Assembly (NCBI GenBank): GCA_964016885.1
Contig: OZ024743.1
Location: 358,856,001 to 358,920,000, forward strand
DNA: 64,000 nt
Direction: 5' to 3'
Origin: Eledone cirrhosa
Lineage: Eukaryota
The position numbers and the translations under genes were made by a program. Of the stretch, positions 27,443 to 39,514 are shown piece by piece. Position 1 is the stretch's first letter. The number at the start of each line of letters is the position of its first letter. The notes beneath the pieces are model-generated. The model had not been told where the DNA came from. It made no database searches and saw only the letters and a list, made by a program, of their open reading frames with translations.

Positions 27443-27584
27443 TAATTAACTTATTTTTCCATTATTATTCATTTTTTTTTTGCAGATAATTCTGTTTCAA
27501 CTTTTAGATCATATCCTTTGATTCTGGCTCACTTTCTTTCTATCGGAGTAGCGCGAGGGACTAGGAATGTATTTTTTAGATATC

Positions 27585-27750
27585 ATTAACAAATACTTCT
27601 TGTTATTTTGGCTCAAATTCTCCTTACCACATTATCCCAAATACAACTGCTCTTCCTATTGCTATCCGAACACCCCCAACCACGATCATATCCATCAAAG
27701 ACATTCATCTTACTTCACCCTTCTCCAAAGTTATCGTCCTCGATAACTTC
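27585..27750. repeat. Dispersed repeat with an inverted copy at ~30068-30245
   Basis: aacaaatacttcttgttattttggctcaaattc...ttatcgtcctcgataact matches in reverse complement. Confidence 0.8.
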
Positions 27751-28179
27751 AGCGTTCGCAATTCTTCGTGGCTTTTGCGGTCATTTCGTATTGATGCTGG
27801 CGGTGAACGAACCGAATCTGTCACAATGATTGACTCTTTACATCAACCAGTTTCATTCTTTCTCACCTATTTTTGACCGACGCACATATATTCCAAAAAC
27901 CTTTGATCTCCTTCCCACCTCCAAAACCAATTTCTACCAAACCATCACCATCTCGAAACCTATCGAGCTGTTGGAACACAAACTATCGCAAATAACAACC
28001 ACACATCCACACACTACACAAACCTTCCGGATCTCTGTGGCACTTCAAGTCAGCTGACTAGCCGGAGTTTCACCAGTTTTAGGAAATCTATCCTTGACAG
28101 AACGCGTGCTTCATTCCTTAACCATTTGAAATAGCTAGACGGATCACTTCCTATCAAATTAGTGCTGTGTGCTGGTAGA

Positions 28180-28235
<56 letters not shown>

Positions 28236-28757
28236 CAACGTTCTATCAATTGGCTATGTCCCCACACTCATCTTTTTACACACCCACGTCCTACGCATAC
28301 GAAAATAATGGTGTTTTTCATACCCACACCTAACCTTTCGCACCCGACCGTCTTTCAAGAGAAATCTAGGCACATCACACAAAATCTTCACCGAATCCTT
28401 GAAAATATCATCCTTTGAGATCATATAAATCTTGACATGAAAAAAACATAATCATTGCACATATCAAGAAAACATTATCACATACTTATACACACTCACT
28501 ATCACATAGTTATACACCGAAACATTATAAGCGCGTATCAAATACTAGTCCTATATCGCAGGAAGTGTTTGTTCTCCAGAGACAGCAAAATATTTCACTA
28601 ACTCGTCCCTCAAGCACATACTAACATACTACACTATTGCTAACCTTCGATAAAACTCAGGTGAGATATATAATAGTGTATTGGTCCTATATTTTGGACG
28701 CTACTACTATTTCCTATGTAGACATATTAAACCGCATCCAAAGAAAAGCCATTTGGT

Positions 28758-28851
<94 letters not shown>

Positions 28852-28854
28852 ATG

Positions 28855-28891
<37 letters not shown>

Positions 28892-29153
28892 ATGTATATA
28901 TATATATATATATGGATATATGTATTAATATATATATATATACATATATGCATACACACACACACACACATATATATATATGCATATATTTATATATATA
29001 TATGTATATAAGATATTAATTTAACAATGAAAATAACAAAGTCAAGTTATTTTACCTATTCATATCATTGTTTTACGATCGTTTCGGAGGGTTGATCATA
29101 TGACTGAACATTGAGTTCTATCTACGGTACGGACCCTACCACATTGAAAAAAA

Positions 29154-29186
<33 letters not shown>

Positions 29187-29193
29187 TGTATGT

Positions 29194-29850
29194 ATGACCC
29201 CTTAGCCTTTGTCAAGGCAGAATTCTAGGAGAAGGAAAACTCTGATATAACACCTGCAATCCTGATGGTATCCAATGATGTTGACAATGATGTCTCATGG
29301 TCGATCCGTTGGCGACTAAACTGGCAACCCCACCAAGGTTTCTTGGTGAGGAGGGTGACTTTGGACATCCTGCAGGACTAAAATCAAAACCTATCAAAGG
29401 GCAAAGGAGCTCTTAAGAGTCAATGGCCATCCAAAATCACCGGGAGAGATGACCCCTTAGCCTTTGTCAAGGCAGAATTCTAGGAGAAGGAAAACTCTGA
29501 TATAACACCTGCAACCCTGATGGTATCCAATGATGTTGACTTGTTCTTCTTTTTGGTAAATATCATCTTGGTTAAGAGAGTGGGACTGGCTTTGTGCAGT
29601 GCCTTTGCTCACTATAAAAGCTTCACGGCACAGGCATTGCTTTATATCTGGAGATCTCTCTGCACTTGTCGTCACATGGTACCATGGGCCCAGCACTATA
29701 TGTCAATAAATGTCACAAGTGTAGTGTTTGTACCAGAGTTTTCAAGTCGCTGGCTGGACTAAAAAGTCACACTCGTTCAGCGCATCGGTAGGGGTTCTCA
29801 TACATGGATATAAAGTAGTGGCCGTATCGAAAACGAGTTGGCAGCCACCA
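29194..29850 (+). mobile_element. Non-autonomous element resembling an RTE 5' UTR, with an internal 255-bp-spaced duplication, in (ATGT)n
   Basis: atgaccccttagcc...aggagaaggaaaactctg at 29194 and 29449; a related copy at ~31435-31740. Confidence 0.5.
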
Positions 29851-30613
29851 TGTATGTATGTATGTATGTATGTATGTATGTATGTATGTATGTATGTATG
29901 TATGTATGTATGTATGTATGTATGTATGTATGTATGTGTAGATGTAAGTATGTATGTATGTATGTGTATATGTAAGTATGTATATACGTATATATATATG
30001 TGTATGCGTATATATATATATATATATATATATGGATATATATATATGGATATATATATGTGTATATAAGTTATCGAGGACGATAACTTTGGAGAAGGGT
30101 GAAGTAAGATAGATGTCTTTGATGGATATGGTCGAAGAGTTGGTGGTTGGAGGCGTTCGGATAGCAATACGAGGAGCAGTTGTATTTGGGAGAATGTCGT
30201 AAGGTGAATTTGAGCCAAAGTAACAAGAAGTATTTGTTGGTGATATGCAGGTGAGAAAGTTGAGTTGCAGAGAGAGTGGAATCTACACGTGTGCAGACAC
30301 TATCTTTCGGAGTGAGTTTTGAATAAAGAATACTGTCTAAATAACAGAGATGAACTATATATCAGGCTTAAGGGATTTATTATCAGAGTGGAATAGGATG
30401 CCTGATTTGCGTATTAGTAAGAGGTGATATGCGAGGTCGAGGTTGGATCAGAGTATGTGGGTGTTAGAGAAATTTGAATTTTGACTGTTTGTTATCGGTG
30501 TTTATTTTTGTTTGGTATTTGTGTATGTTGTAAGCATATATAGTTTAGCATTGTGCTGTGCTATGAATACATCTTCTATCATAATACGTCTATTTTTCTG
30601 GGGAATTTTGTAG

Positions 30614-30650
<37 letters not shown>

Positions 30651-32167
30651 TGTTTTCTTACCTAGTTTTGTTTCGTGTTGTGATATAATGCACTGTAATT
30701 GCACATTGCAAGTGCATAGAGAACTCTCGAAGGAATATATTTGTATGGTCAATAAAATTGTTAAAGTCATCAAGTTTACAACCTTCACATTTAAAATCGA
30801 ATTTATAAATCTCATTGATCATTAGTATGCGGATATATATGCTTGCGTTTTGTTGCTGATAAACAAGTTTTTTCTTTAGTGTCTTTGTTTATATTAATGT
30901 TAATTTATCCTTTGATAAAATACATTTTGTCTTGATTTACGAGGTTTTCGATAGTTTGTTCATCTGGTCTGTTATGCATTTGATCCTCGGTTTGTGTATA
31001 TTTATTAGTTGTGTCTGATGCATTGTTGCACTGAATATATTTTCTATATTGTTTTATAGCTTCGTTTATTAGTTTGTTAGAAGAGCCTTTGTTTATTAGT
31101 GTTTCATTTATTCTGAGGTTAAAACAAAATTACACAAACGTTAATCAACAACGACTATTCTACTGAGAACTGTAAAAGTCGTTAGAGCGTCGAATTATGT
31201 GGCTCGGTAATTGTTTCGTTTCTCTTCACACTGAGTTCAAATCCAGTTATGGCGTCATGGGTGTTTTCTACTATAAAATCAGTTGACCAATGCCTTGTGG
31301 GTAGAGTTTAGTCGACGACAACTGTAGAAGTCCATCGTATGTATGTATGTATGTATGTATGTATGTATGTATGTATGTATGTATGTATGTATGTATGTAT
31401 GTATGTATGTATGTATGTATGTATGTATGTATGTTAAACCACTGGGAGTAAAGGACCCCTAGCCTTTGTCAGGGCATTCATCTAGGAGAAAGCAACTCAG
31501 GAAACTGGGATAACTTGGGATATAAAACCTGCGACTTAGTTACCGATGATGTTGATCTTGTTTTCTTTTCGGGTTATAGCTACTGTTGCTCAGAGAGTGG
31601 GATTGGCTCAGTGCACAGTCTTTACTCACTTTAAAGAAAATCCTCACGCACAGGCATTGCACGATAGCATTAATTGATAACTATCAATAATGTTATATCA
31701 CGCAATGGCCATACTCGATAACGAGGGGGCAGCCATCATCATATATGATTGTATGTATTATGTATGTATATATGTGTGTGTGTATATACATGCGTGTATG
31801 TGATATGCCCGTAACTTAGCAGTTTGACAAAATGTGATCGATAAAATTAAAAAATAAGTAATTACAAACTGAAATATTTAATGTTAAGACCCAATACACG
31901 TGTATAACAGCATGTTAGTTGTACATTTTTCTGTACATAGCAGAAACACAACTATGAATATAGGTGTATGTACATAAGGTGTCGGCGAAGGCATGGTTTA
32001 CTGGTTAAGAAGCTTGCTTGATACTCATGAAGTTCCTTGGTTGGTCTCATAGCGTGGCATCTTGTGTCAATCTAAGCCTTGTAAGTGAAATGAAGTATAT
32101 GGAAACTGTGTGGAAGCTCATCTGATAGATTACACTTACAATACAAAGGTCCAGCTTTGTCACATAT

Positions 32168-32353
32168 AACTGTTTCTACTTTAGGCACAAGGCCAGCAAT
32201 TACCCAGTGCATTACTGGTACTTTATTTTATCGACCCCGTAAGGATGAAAGGCAAAGTCGACCTCGGCGGGATTTGAACTCAGACCGTAAAGGGACGTAA
32301 CTATGCCGGAAAGCATGGCGTCAGACCCTCTACCAATACTGCCAATCCACCAC
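32168..32353 (-). mobile_element. Nin-domain tRNA-SINE with TSD-like ccagctttgtcacatataac, inserted in another SINE
   Basis: The duplication lies at ~32151-32170 and ~32353-32371. Confidence 0.8.
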
Positions 32354-33454
32354 CAGCTTTGTCACATATAACGTTAATTGATTCTATTTTAGAATTACAT
32401 TAAGAGTACACATATCTGTGGAATATCGAACCACTTACACGTTAATTCATGAGTTGGCCGTTCAGTAGATTGAACAACTGATACACATCGTCGAAACCAA
32501 CGGAAGGTACCCCATCATCATCATCACCATAACGAAAATATGCGCGCGTTTGTATTCGTATGGGATGGAGATGGAAGCATGTGCTTTCATGTCTCAGTGT
32601 TGCTAAGCCAAAGAAAATAATCTGTTGTAAGCTATTGATGGAGCATTTACATGGTCAGCTGAACTTGCTAGAAATAAGCCAAAGTGTGGCAGGCAAAAGT
32701 GTGGTTAACAGATTTTCATCCCAGCTAGCCTATATTATAGATCAGTGGCTTCCAATGTGTGGTCCGCATAGCAAACTCGTGTGTTTGTTCGAAATTTCAA
32801 GAGGTTGCAGTATAAGATTTACAATAGGGTTGTCAAAAATTAACTTCCAAATTTCAAAATCATTTCCATATCTGCAGAAATGGTCTATTTTCAAATAATG
32901 CATCCCAGGACTATACTATCCTCCCTTTATTTTTAATGGAAAGGGATATTTTTTAGAGTGGGTGGGGAAATCTAGCTGCTACTTTTAGCAGGTCGAACGA
33001 CCATGTGGTGACTTTTTTGTTGATTCATTCATTCTGTTTGTTTACTACTGGGACGTTGTACATAACCTTGGAAAATCCTTTTTTTTTTAATACAAAGTTG
33101 CTTGTTTTAAAGTGCTTATATTTAAATAACCCACTATCGTCATTTTATGTCTGAAACGTTAATTTCATGAGCACGTTGATCTGTTGATCGAACATCCGGA
33201 ACACTCATCGTCGAAACCAACAGAGTTCTAATTTAGATATTAAATGGGAAAAATGATCATGGCTTTTGAAATAAATGTTATAGAAAGAATCTCAGCATTC
33301 CCTACTCTGAACATTAAATTAAAGAGAGAGCTCGGAAAGAAAGGGTTGAAGAGACTGTCACCACGTAACTGTTCTTTTACAATTATCAAAAGGCGGAAAA
33401 TGAAGTAAATATAGGGGTAGACAAACCGTGGGCAGCGACACCGAGGAATTGACA

Positions 33455-33602
33455 GAGAAATATGGTGGGGACCATGAGATTTCGAACAAACACACGAGTT
33501 TGCTATGCGGACCATGAAATTTGGTATGCGGACCATGAAATTTGCTATGCGGACCATGAAATTTCGAACAAACACACGAGTTTGCTATGCGGACCACACC
33601 AT
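33455..33602. repeat. Short internal repeats (gctatgcggaccatgaaattt) of a probable hAT-type MITE; inverted match at 32742-32800
   Basis: Direct reading; the cagtggcttccaatgtgtggtccgc terminus resembles hAT ends. Confidence 0.45.
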
Positions 33603-33820
33603 ATTTTTTTGCCAATTCTACAATGTCGCTTTCCCAACTTTATGATCTTCCTATACCTCTTTTACCGACGGTTTGTCTATCCGTATATTTGCTAGAAGTA
33701 GGGTGTCATACTGTCATGTTAGAAAACCAAACCACTTCATTTATATATAGTGATAGAAAGAGAATGTATGTGTGTGTGTGTGTGTTAGAGAGAGAGGGAG
33801 AGAGAGAGAGAGAGAGAGAG

Positions 33821-33865
<45 letters not shown>

Positions 33866-34098
33866 GCTTGTGTCACTTGTTGATTACCTACAACGTCTCT
33901 AGGCTATGTATTTTGATTGAAATGTAAATTTCCCAAATATTAGCTGCATTTCTAAAAATCTCATCTTATTAAAGGAAAATCTGCAATTGTGAAAGTTATT
34001 AGTTTCACAACAATACTAATCTCATCCAAGCAAATGTCGCTATAAATCTTTGTTCAGTTAGTTTTAATTCGATTGAGAGATAAAAGAGAGAAAGAAAA

Positions 34099-34172
<74 letters not shown>

Positions 34173-35149
34173 TCTCGACATTACACATCCTCTTTATTAT
34201 AAGCCTTTCAGTCTTATTTTTCATTATCCTTTGAACTAAATTTCTTGGAAATGAAACAAATATAGTGTTGTACCTGTTGGAAGGACAATCATACCTGTGT
34301 TGACTGTTGTATCAGAATAGATTCAAATTTCTTTCCTCAGAAACAAAAGGAAAAAAAGTGGAAATCACTCCTGCAGTGTTTGAAGATGAAATCCACAAAA
34401 AGGCTTTTAAAAAGAGCGCTAAGTGATGTAATGCATTTTAAAACTGAATGACATATACGTAGCCCTGCATATTAACTTTGTTAAGACTCAGTAATACTAG
34501 GAATTCAACAGATGGAGAACGTTTCTCCTTTGTTTGCCATGTTTAAGCTGACCAGAGTTTTAGAGACAGTAGACTTAACAGCTATCCGCAATATAGGCTA
34601 AATAAAAATAGTCCGGAATACATGAGTTGTTGGAACACTACTGAATAATTTCATTTTTATGTAATATGTCAAAAGGAAACCTAATTGTTGGCTGCAGCTA
34701 ACAGCTAAAGTAACCTGTTACTAGCTAGCAGCAAAATTGACAAGAGACAGTAAAGTTAGTGCGATCATACTTAATGTAAAAGAAATTTTGTACAAATATT
34801 ATCAAGACCAATGCTTTTTTCTGTTTTAAGTCGGGAACAGATTCTTCTACCTCAGATAACGTTATTGATGGAATGTTAAGTTAACTTTTTGGTTGTTTTG
34901 TGAGGGGCATGTCAACGAAGATAGTTGCCCAATATTACAGGGTACCATGCTTATTTGTTAAGACAAATCCGTCTTTACCTTCAATCCCCCAACTTAGGGA
35001 ATATTTCATAGACTTAACTTCTTTCATTGCTAAGAAGAAATGTTTGTTTGGTGGATGTTTATTAAGCTCATCACGATACTTTTCAAGTTTGGAGAGCTTA
35101 TCTTTCTTAACGAGCTACTTCGTTCTCCGCGGAGTTCTCACCATATGAC

Positions 35150-36110
35150 TTACTAATCTTGTTTTCTATAGCAGTTTTAGTTTCATTTCACATCTATTCC
35201 GGACGACAAACTTTCTTATATGGAATGATTGATGGAAACTCAACCACAAAAATTATGCTCAAACATTTAACAACAACATGAAAACTGGTCATATACCATC
35301 CTCTCTCTCGAAGGAACAATCATGGTAATTTAAAAAAACGGATGATCGAACAAATGTAAAAACTATAGTCTAAGATGCCTTCTAAGTGACAGTTGCAAGT
35401 TACTCATGATCAGCATTGCTTTTCGTATTCAAATGCCCTCTAATTTTGCTTCCTTTCTTCTCAGGCTGCCTACAGAATAAATATTTTCTTTGCAGCAAAT
35501 TATAGAAAGATCACTTGAATTCAACAATCCAAATTACATTGTTTTATTCGATTTTATCTAGGCTTTTTACAGAGTACACCTCTCGTTGCATAGGAAGCAG
35601 CCCTATCAATCACCCTCCTTAAATCAACATGTGAAGGTTCACAATCTGCTATGAAGATGTTAAACAGGGGTCATTTTGTTAGCTATTCTTTTCTCTGTAG
35701 TACTTACTGTAATTATCTTGAAAATTGAGGAAGTAGCGACCATGAAGTTCTCTTCAGGACGTTAATAATTTCTTGCCTAAATTCTGCAAATGATGCTGTT
35801 GCTATTAACAAGGACATTGTAATCACCATGTTGTAAAACCAAACGCAATGCGGCATCAAATGTATTATAAGGCTGATTGAATGACTACTGATAAGACAAC
35901 CAAACGATATAACAATTAATAGTATACCTATAAACATTAGAATTGGTTTATATAGAACACTAACTATCAAACAAAAACAGGTTAACTGTCAACTACAGAT
36001 TTGCATTTGCACAGACAGCTTTCTTTAAAAAAAAAAAACGCTTTTTGAAATCCAACACCTAATCGGCAGTTAAAATGTTACATCTATGAGAGACATGATA
36101 CAGCAACAAT
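35150..36110 (+). pseudogene. Heavily decayed LINE (RTE-like) RT remnant
   Basis: Traces of NYRxI (~35360), FIDFxxAF (~35545), VKQG (~35660) and DLxFA (~35997). Confidence 0.4.
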
Positions 36111-36831
36111 TTTAATTAAATTAAAAGCAACTCACTGAAACTGTTTGGTCCTATCAAACACACCACTTGTGGTCTCTCTAAAATCTGTCAGATGAGAATG
36201 ATCCCTAGAAATAGAAATCGAGGATGCCTCAAAAGTAATGGAGAGACCATATTCTAAAACAGTCTGAATGTCAATCATTGCAATGACAATGGATAGGAAT
36301 AAATGGAGGAAATATATTCATATGTAAGTGAAAACAACTATTAGAATAAAAATTTAATGTGATCAATGGATTGATAATATTTATGTGCTGAGGAGAAGAA
36401 AACATTAGTTTATTCACTAAATAATATATTTAGTAAAGTTTCGGATTTAGATCTCTTCAACAAAACACACCCTCATGTGTACTTGTAAACGATTATCTTA
36501 TGAATAATTTGGAATTACAGATAAGGCTATGGTGCAGTCCCGATTACCCGCTCTGATTGTATACAGATATAACTTTATCGTACACTTCGGCTCTTCTTAA
36601 TATATATATTAATTAATTACCAACACCAGCGCTAATTATATGCAAATTAGCACGTCTATTTCAGAATATTACTAAGAGCGAATGGGTATATAAGCCCATC
36701 AAATACACGTTTCCTTGTGGTTGTTTGAATGCCTTCTCATGAGGGCCCAATTAGGTCTGAAAATCGATTAAAAGTGTTTATTATTTTTTTCAATTTAATG
36801 GGAAGTTCGTATTTTCTGCTATGTATAGAGG

Positions 36832-36875
<44 letters not shown>

Positions 36876-36878
<3 letters not shown>

Positions 36879-37261
36879 AAAAGATAACAAGCACGATTGG
36901 TTACTCCTTCATTACATTCATCGCATAGGTGACGCGCGTTTCGCCACTGATCAGCTCAAGGTTCGATCTGTATCGATCTTACCCGACTCTATAATCGGCA
37001 GCTCGACGGACCCTTTAAAATGTTAGGGTTCGTCGAGCTGCCGATTATAGAGTCGGGTAAGATCGATACATATCGAACCTTGAGCTGATCAGTCGCGAAA
37101 CGCGCGTCACCTATCCAATAAATGTAATGAAGGAGTAAACAATCGTCCTTGTTATCCTTTCAATATATTACACTCTGTATAGCTCTACACCTCAACACAG
37201 AAGTGAACCTAAACATCGAGTGCACACCCGAGGTGAACCTGCAGTAACTCCAAGTTACACT

Positions 37262-37266
<5 letters not shown>
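36876..37266 (+). mobile_element. Family G element with a ~140-bp-arm fold-back, in (TA)n
   Basis: Arms 36876-37013 and 37025-37165; the 3' half of an HHR (GAAAC gcgc GTC) is present on both strands. Confidence 0.85.
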
Positions 37267-37302
<36 letters not shown>

Positions 37303-37837
37303 AAAAAAAGGAAAAGAATGACTTCACTTGTAGTTTTAAAAAATTTTCATTATAATATTATGAGTTGGTAGATCTAGTAAGTTCTTTGTTAACTTCGGTG
37401 GGAAGAATTATAAAGATTCCTGGTTAACTTGGGTTGGAGAACTTTCTCGCATTCGTCTGTCTGTGGCGATTGTCAAACAGTTTGTGTGTGTACAAATATG
37501 CATATATATATGTAAATATAAGTATATATGTATATACTTATATATACATACACATATTTTTCACAATGCAGATGACCTGTTAATAATAATCGAATATGTC
37601 TGATACAATAACCACAGGTATAAATCTAATATTACAGTTTATGTGTAGTAGCAACATATTTTTCTTTAGTGTACGCTAAATATTTTCTTTCTTTTCTATC
37701 TTGCATTGTATCACAACATCATATGAACTGTGTCATACTATATTACATATTCCTTTTTGTGTTACGCCTAAGGTATTGCAAACATTTTGACAAAGACCAA
37801 CCGTATTTCATCATGTCTGTACTGACATATATGTACA

Positions 37838-37925
<88 letters not shown>

Positions 37926-38047
37926 CGCTACCACCTTCTTTTCTATACAGTCCGTCTCGACTGCTACTGTGAGTGTATGTATGTATGTATGTATGTATGT
38001 ATGTATGTATGTATGTATGTATGTATGTATGTATGAATGAATGCATG

Positions 38048-38098
<51 letters not shown>

Positions 38099-38438
38099 GT
38101 ATGTAGAAATTCATATACAATCTTGTACGGCCCCTACGTTGGTCAGTTCACGCGCGCACACTCTCTCACACATCCACACTCTCCAGCAGCCAGCCTGTCA
38201 CGGCCCAATGCGCATTCTTCAAGCACACGCACACACCTACACGCGCACGCACACACACACATACACGCACGCATACACACATATACAATGATTTCCCCCG
38301 TTCCTAAAAATCTCTAACGCCTACGATATCCAATGACCAGAATCTTTCCATAATGCACCTATATTTTTTCTCACTTTCCTCCGTTCCTTTCTTTTCTCAC
38401 TCTTTATCTTTCTATTTCATCTTTTATTTCTCATTCTA

Positions 38439-38474
38439 TTTTCTGATGAAGGACTGATGTCCGAAACGTTAAGA
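38439..38474 (+). ncRNA. Minimal type I hammerhead ribozyme, same family as 14168
   Basis: tttt-CTGATGA-a-ggac tgat gtcc-GAAAC GT T-aaga. Confidence 0.75.
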
Positions 38475-38780
38475 CTGTTTTCCTATTATTTCAATCGTTA
38501 CATTAATATATTTTTTCATTATACTGTGTCGTTAGCTTTATTATTTCTGTTTACTCTTTACTCCCTCCCCTATCTCTCTCTCTCGCACACACACACATAC
38601 ACACACATATATATATATATGTCTCTATATCACCCCCCACTCTCAAAAGCGTGAACCTAATAAACCTTTATTTGTCTGCCTCTCTGTTTTGTTCCCGTAT
38701 AAATTTGCACTATATGCATATATATGTGTTTATGTATGTATATATATATATGAATATAAATATATGTATAAATTCATCTG

Positions 38781-38819
<39 letters not shown>

Positions 38820-38859
38820 GATTTATATATATATACATATGTATATGTAAGTATGCACA

Positions 38860-38918
<59 letters not shown>

Positions 38919-38931
38919 GTGTATATATATG

Positions 38932-39035
<104 letters not shown>

Positions 39036-39079
39036 TGTGCTAGGGCAAGAAATAAAATTCTAATTTTCTTTGTAATATT

Positions 39080-39297
39080 TGGCAAGGCCAACCGTAACTC
39101 GCTCGGTATGCAAATGAGGCTACTCAGCCGATGTGTACTTAAGAAAATACCATATATTTTCAACCATTGAAGGGTAATGACCCAGAAACATGTTGATTGT
39201 TCCTCAATGCAAGTGTTGAACAAACATGGGACGATCGGTCACCGGCACGGTACAGCTTCAAATCGGGCCGTTTGTTTACAAACGAATCGAACATTAT
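39080..39297 (+). mobile_element. Diverged solo monomer related to the 433-bp retrozyme-like unit
   Basis: aactcgctcggtATGCAAATgaggctactcagccg, degenerate HHR (gggt aatg accc aGAAAC at GTT), then gtgttgaacaaa and gtttgtttacaaac. Confidence 0.65.
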
Positions 39298-39480
39298 GGG
39301 CAGTATCGGTAGAGGGTCGGACGCCATGCTTTGCAGCATAGAGTTGCGTCCCTTTATGATCTGAATTCAAATCCCACTGAGGTTATCTTTGCCTTTCATC
39401 CTTACACAGTCGATAAAATAAAGTACCAGTAATACACTGGGATAATTGCTGGCCTTCTACCAAAAGTAGAAACAATTATT
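39298..39480 (+). mobile_element. Nin-domain tRNA-SINE
   Basis: Matches 22158-22350. Confidence 0.85.
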
Positions 39481-39514
39481 AATGTTCGATATAATCCATA
39501 CGTACATACGTACA

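Noticed and set aside
37085-37110. CTGATCAGTCGCGAAACGCGCGTC (also at 5882) as a complete minimal hammerhead
   Set aside because: C at position 8 breaks the 3-8 pair and stem I does not form; it is more likely only the 3' half of a truncated larger HHR.
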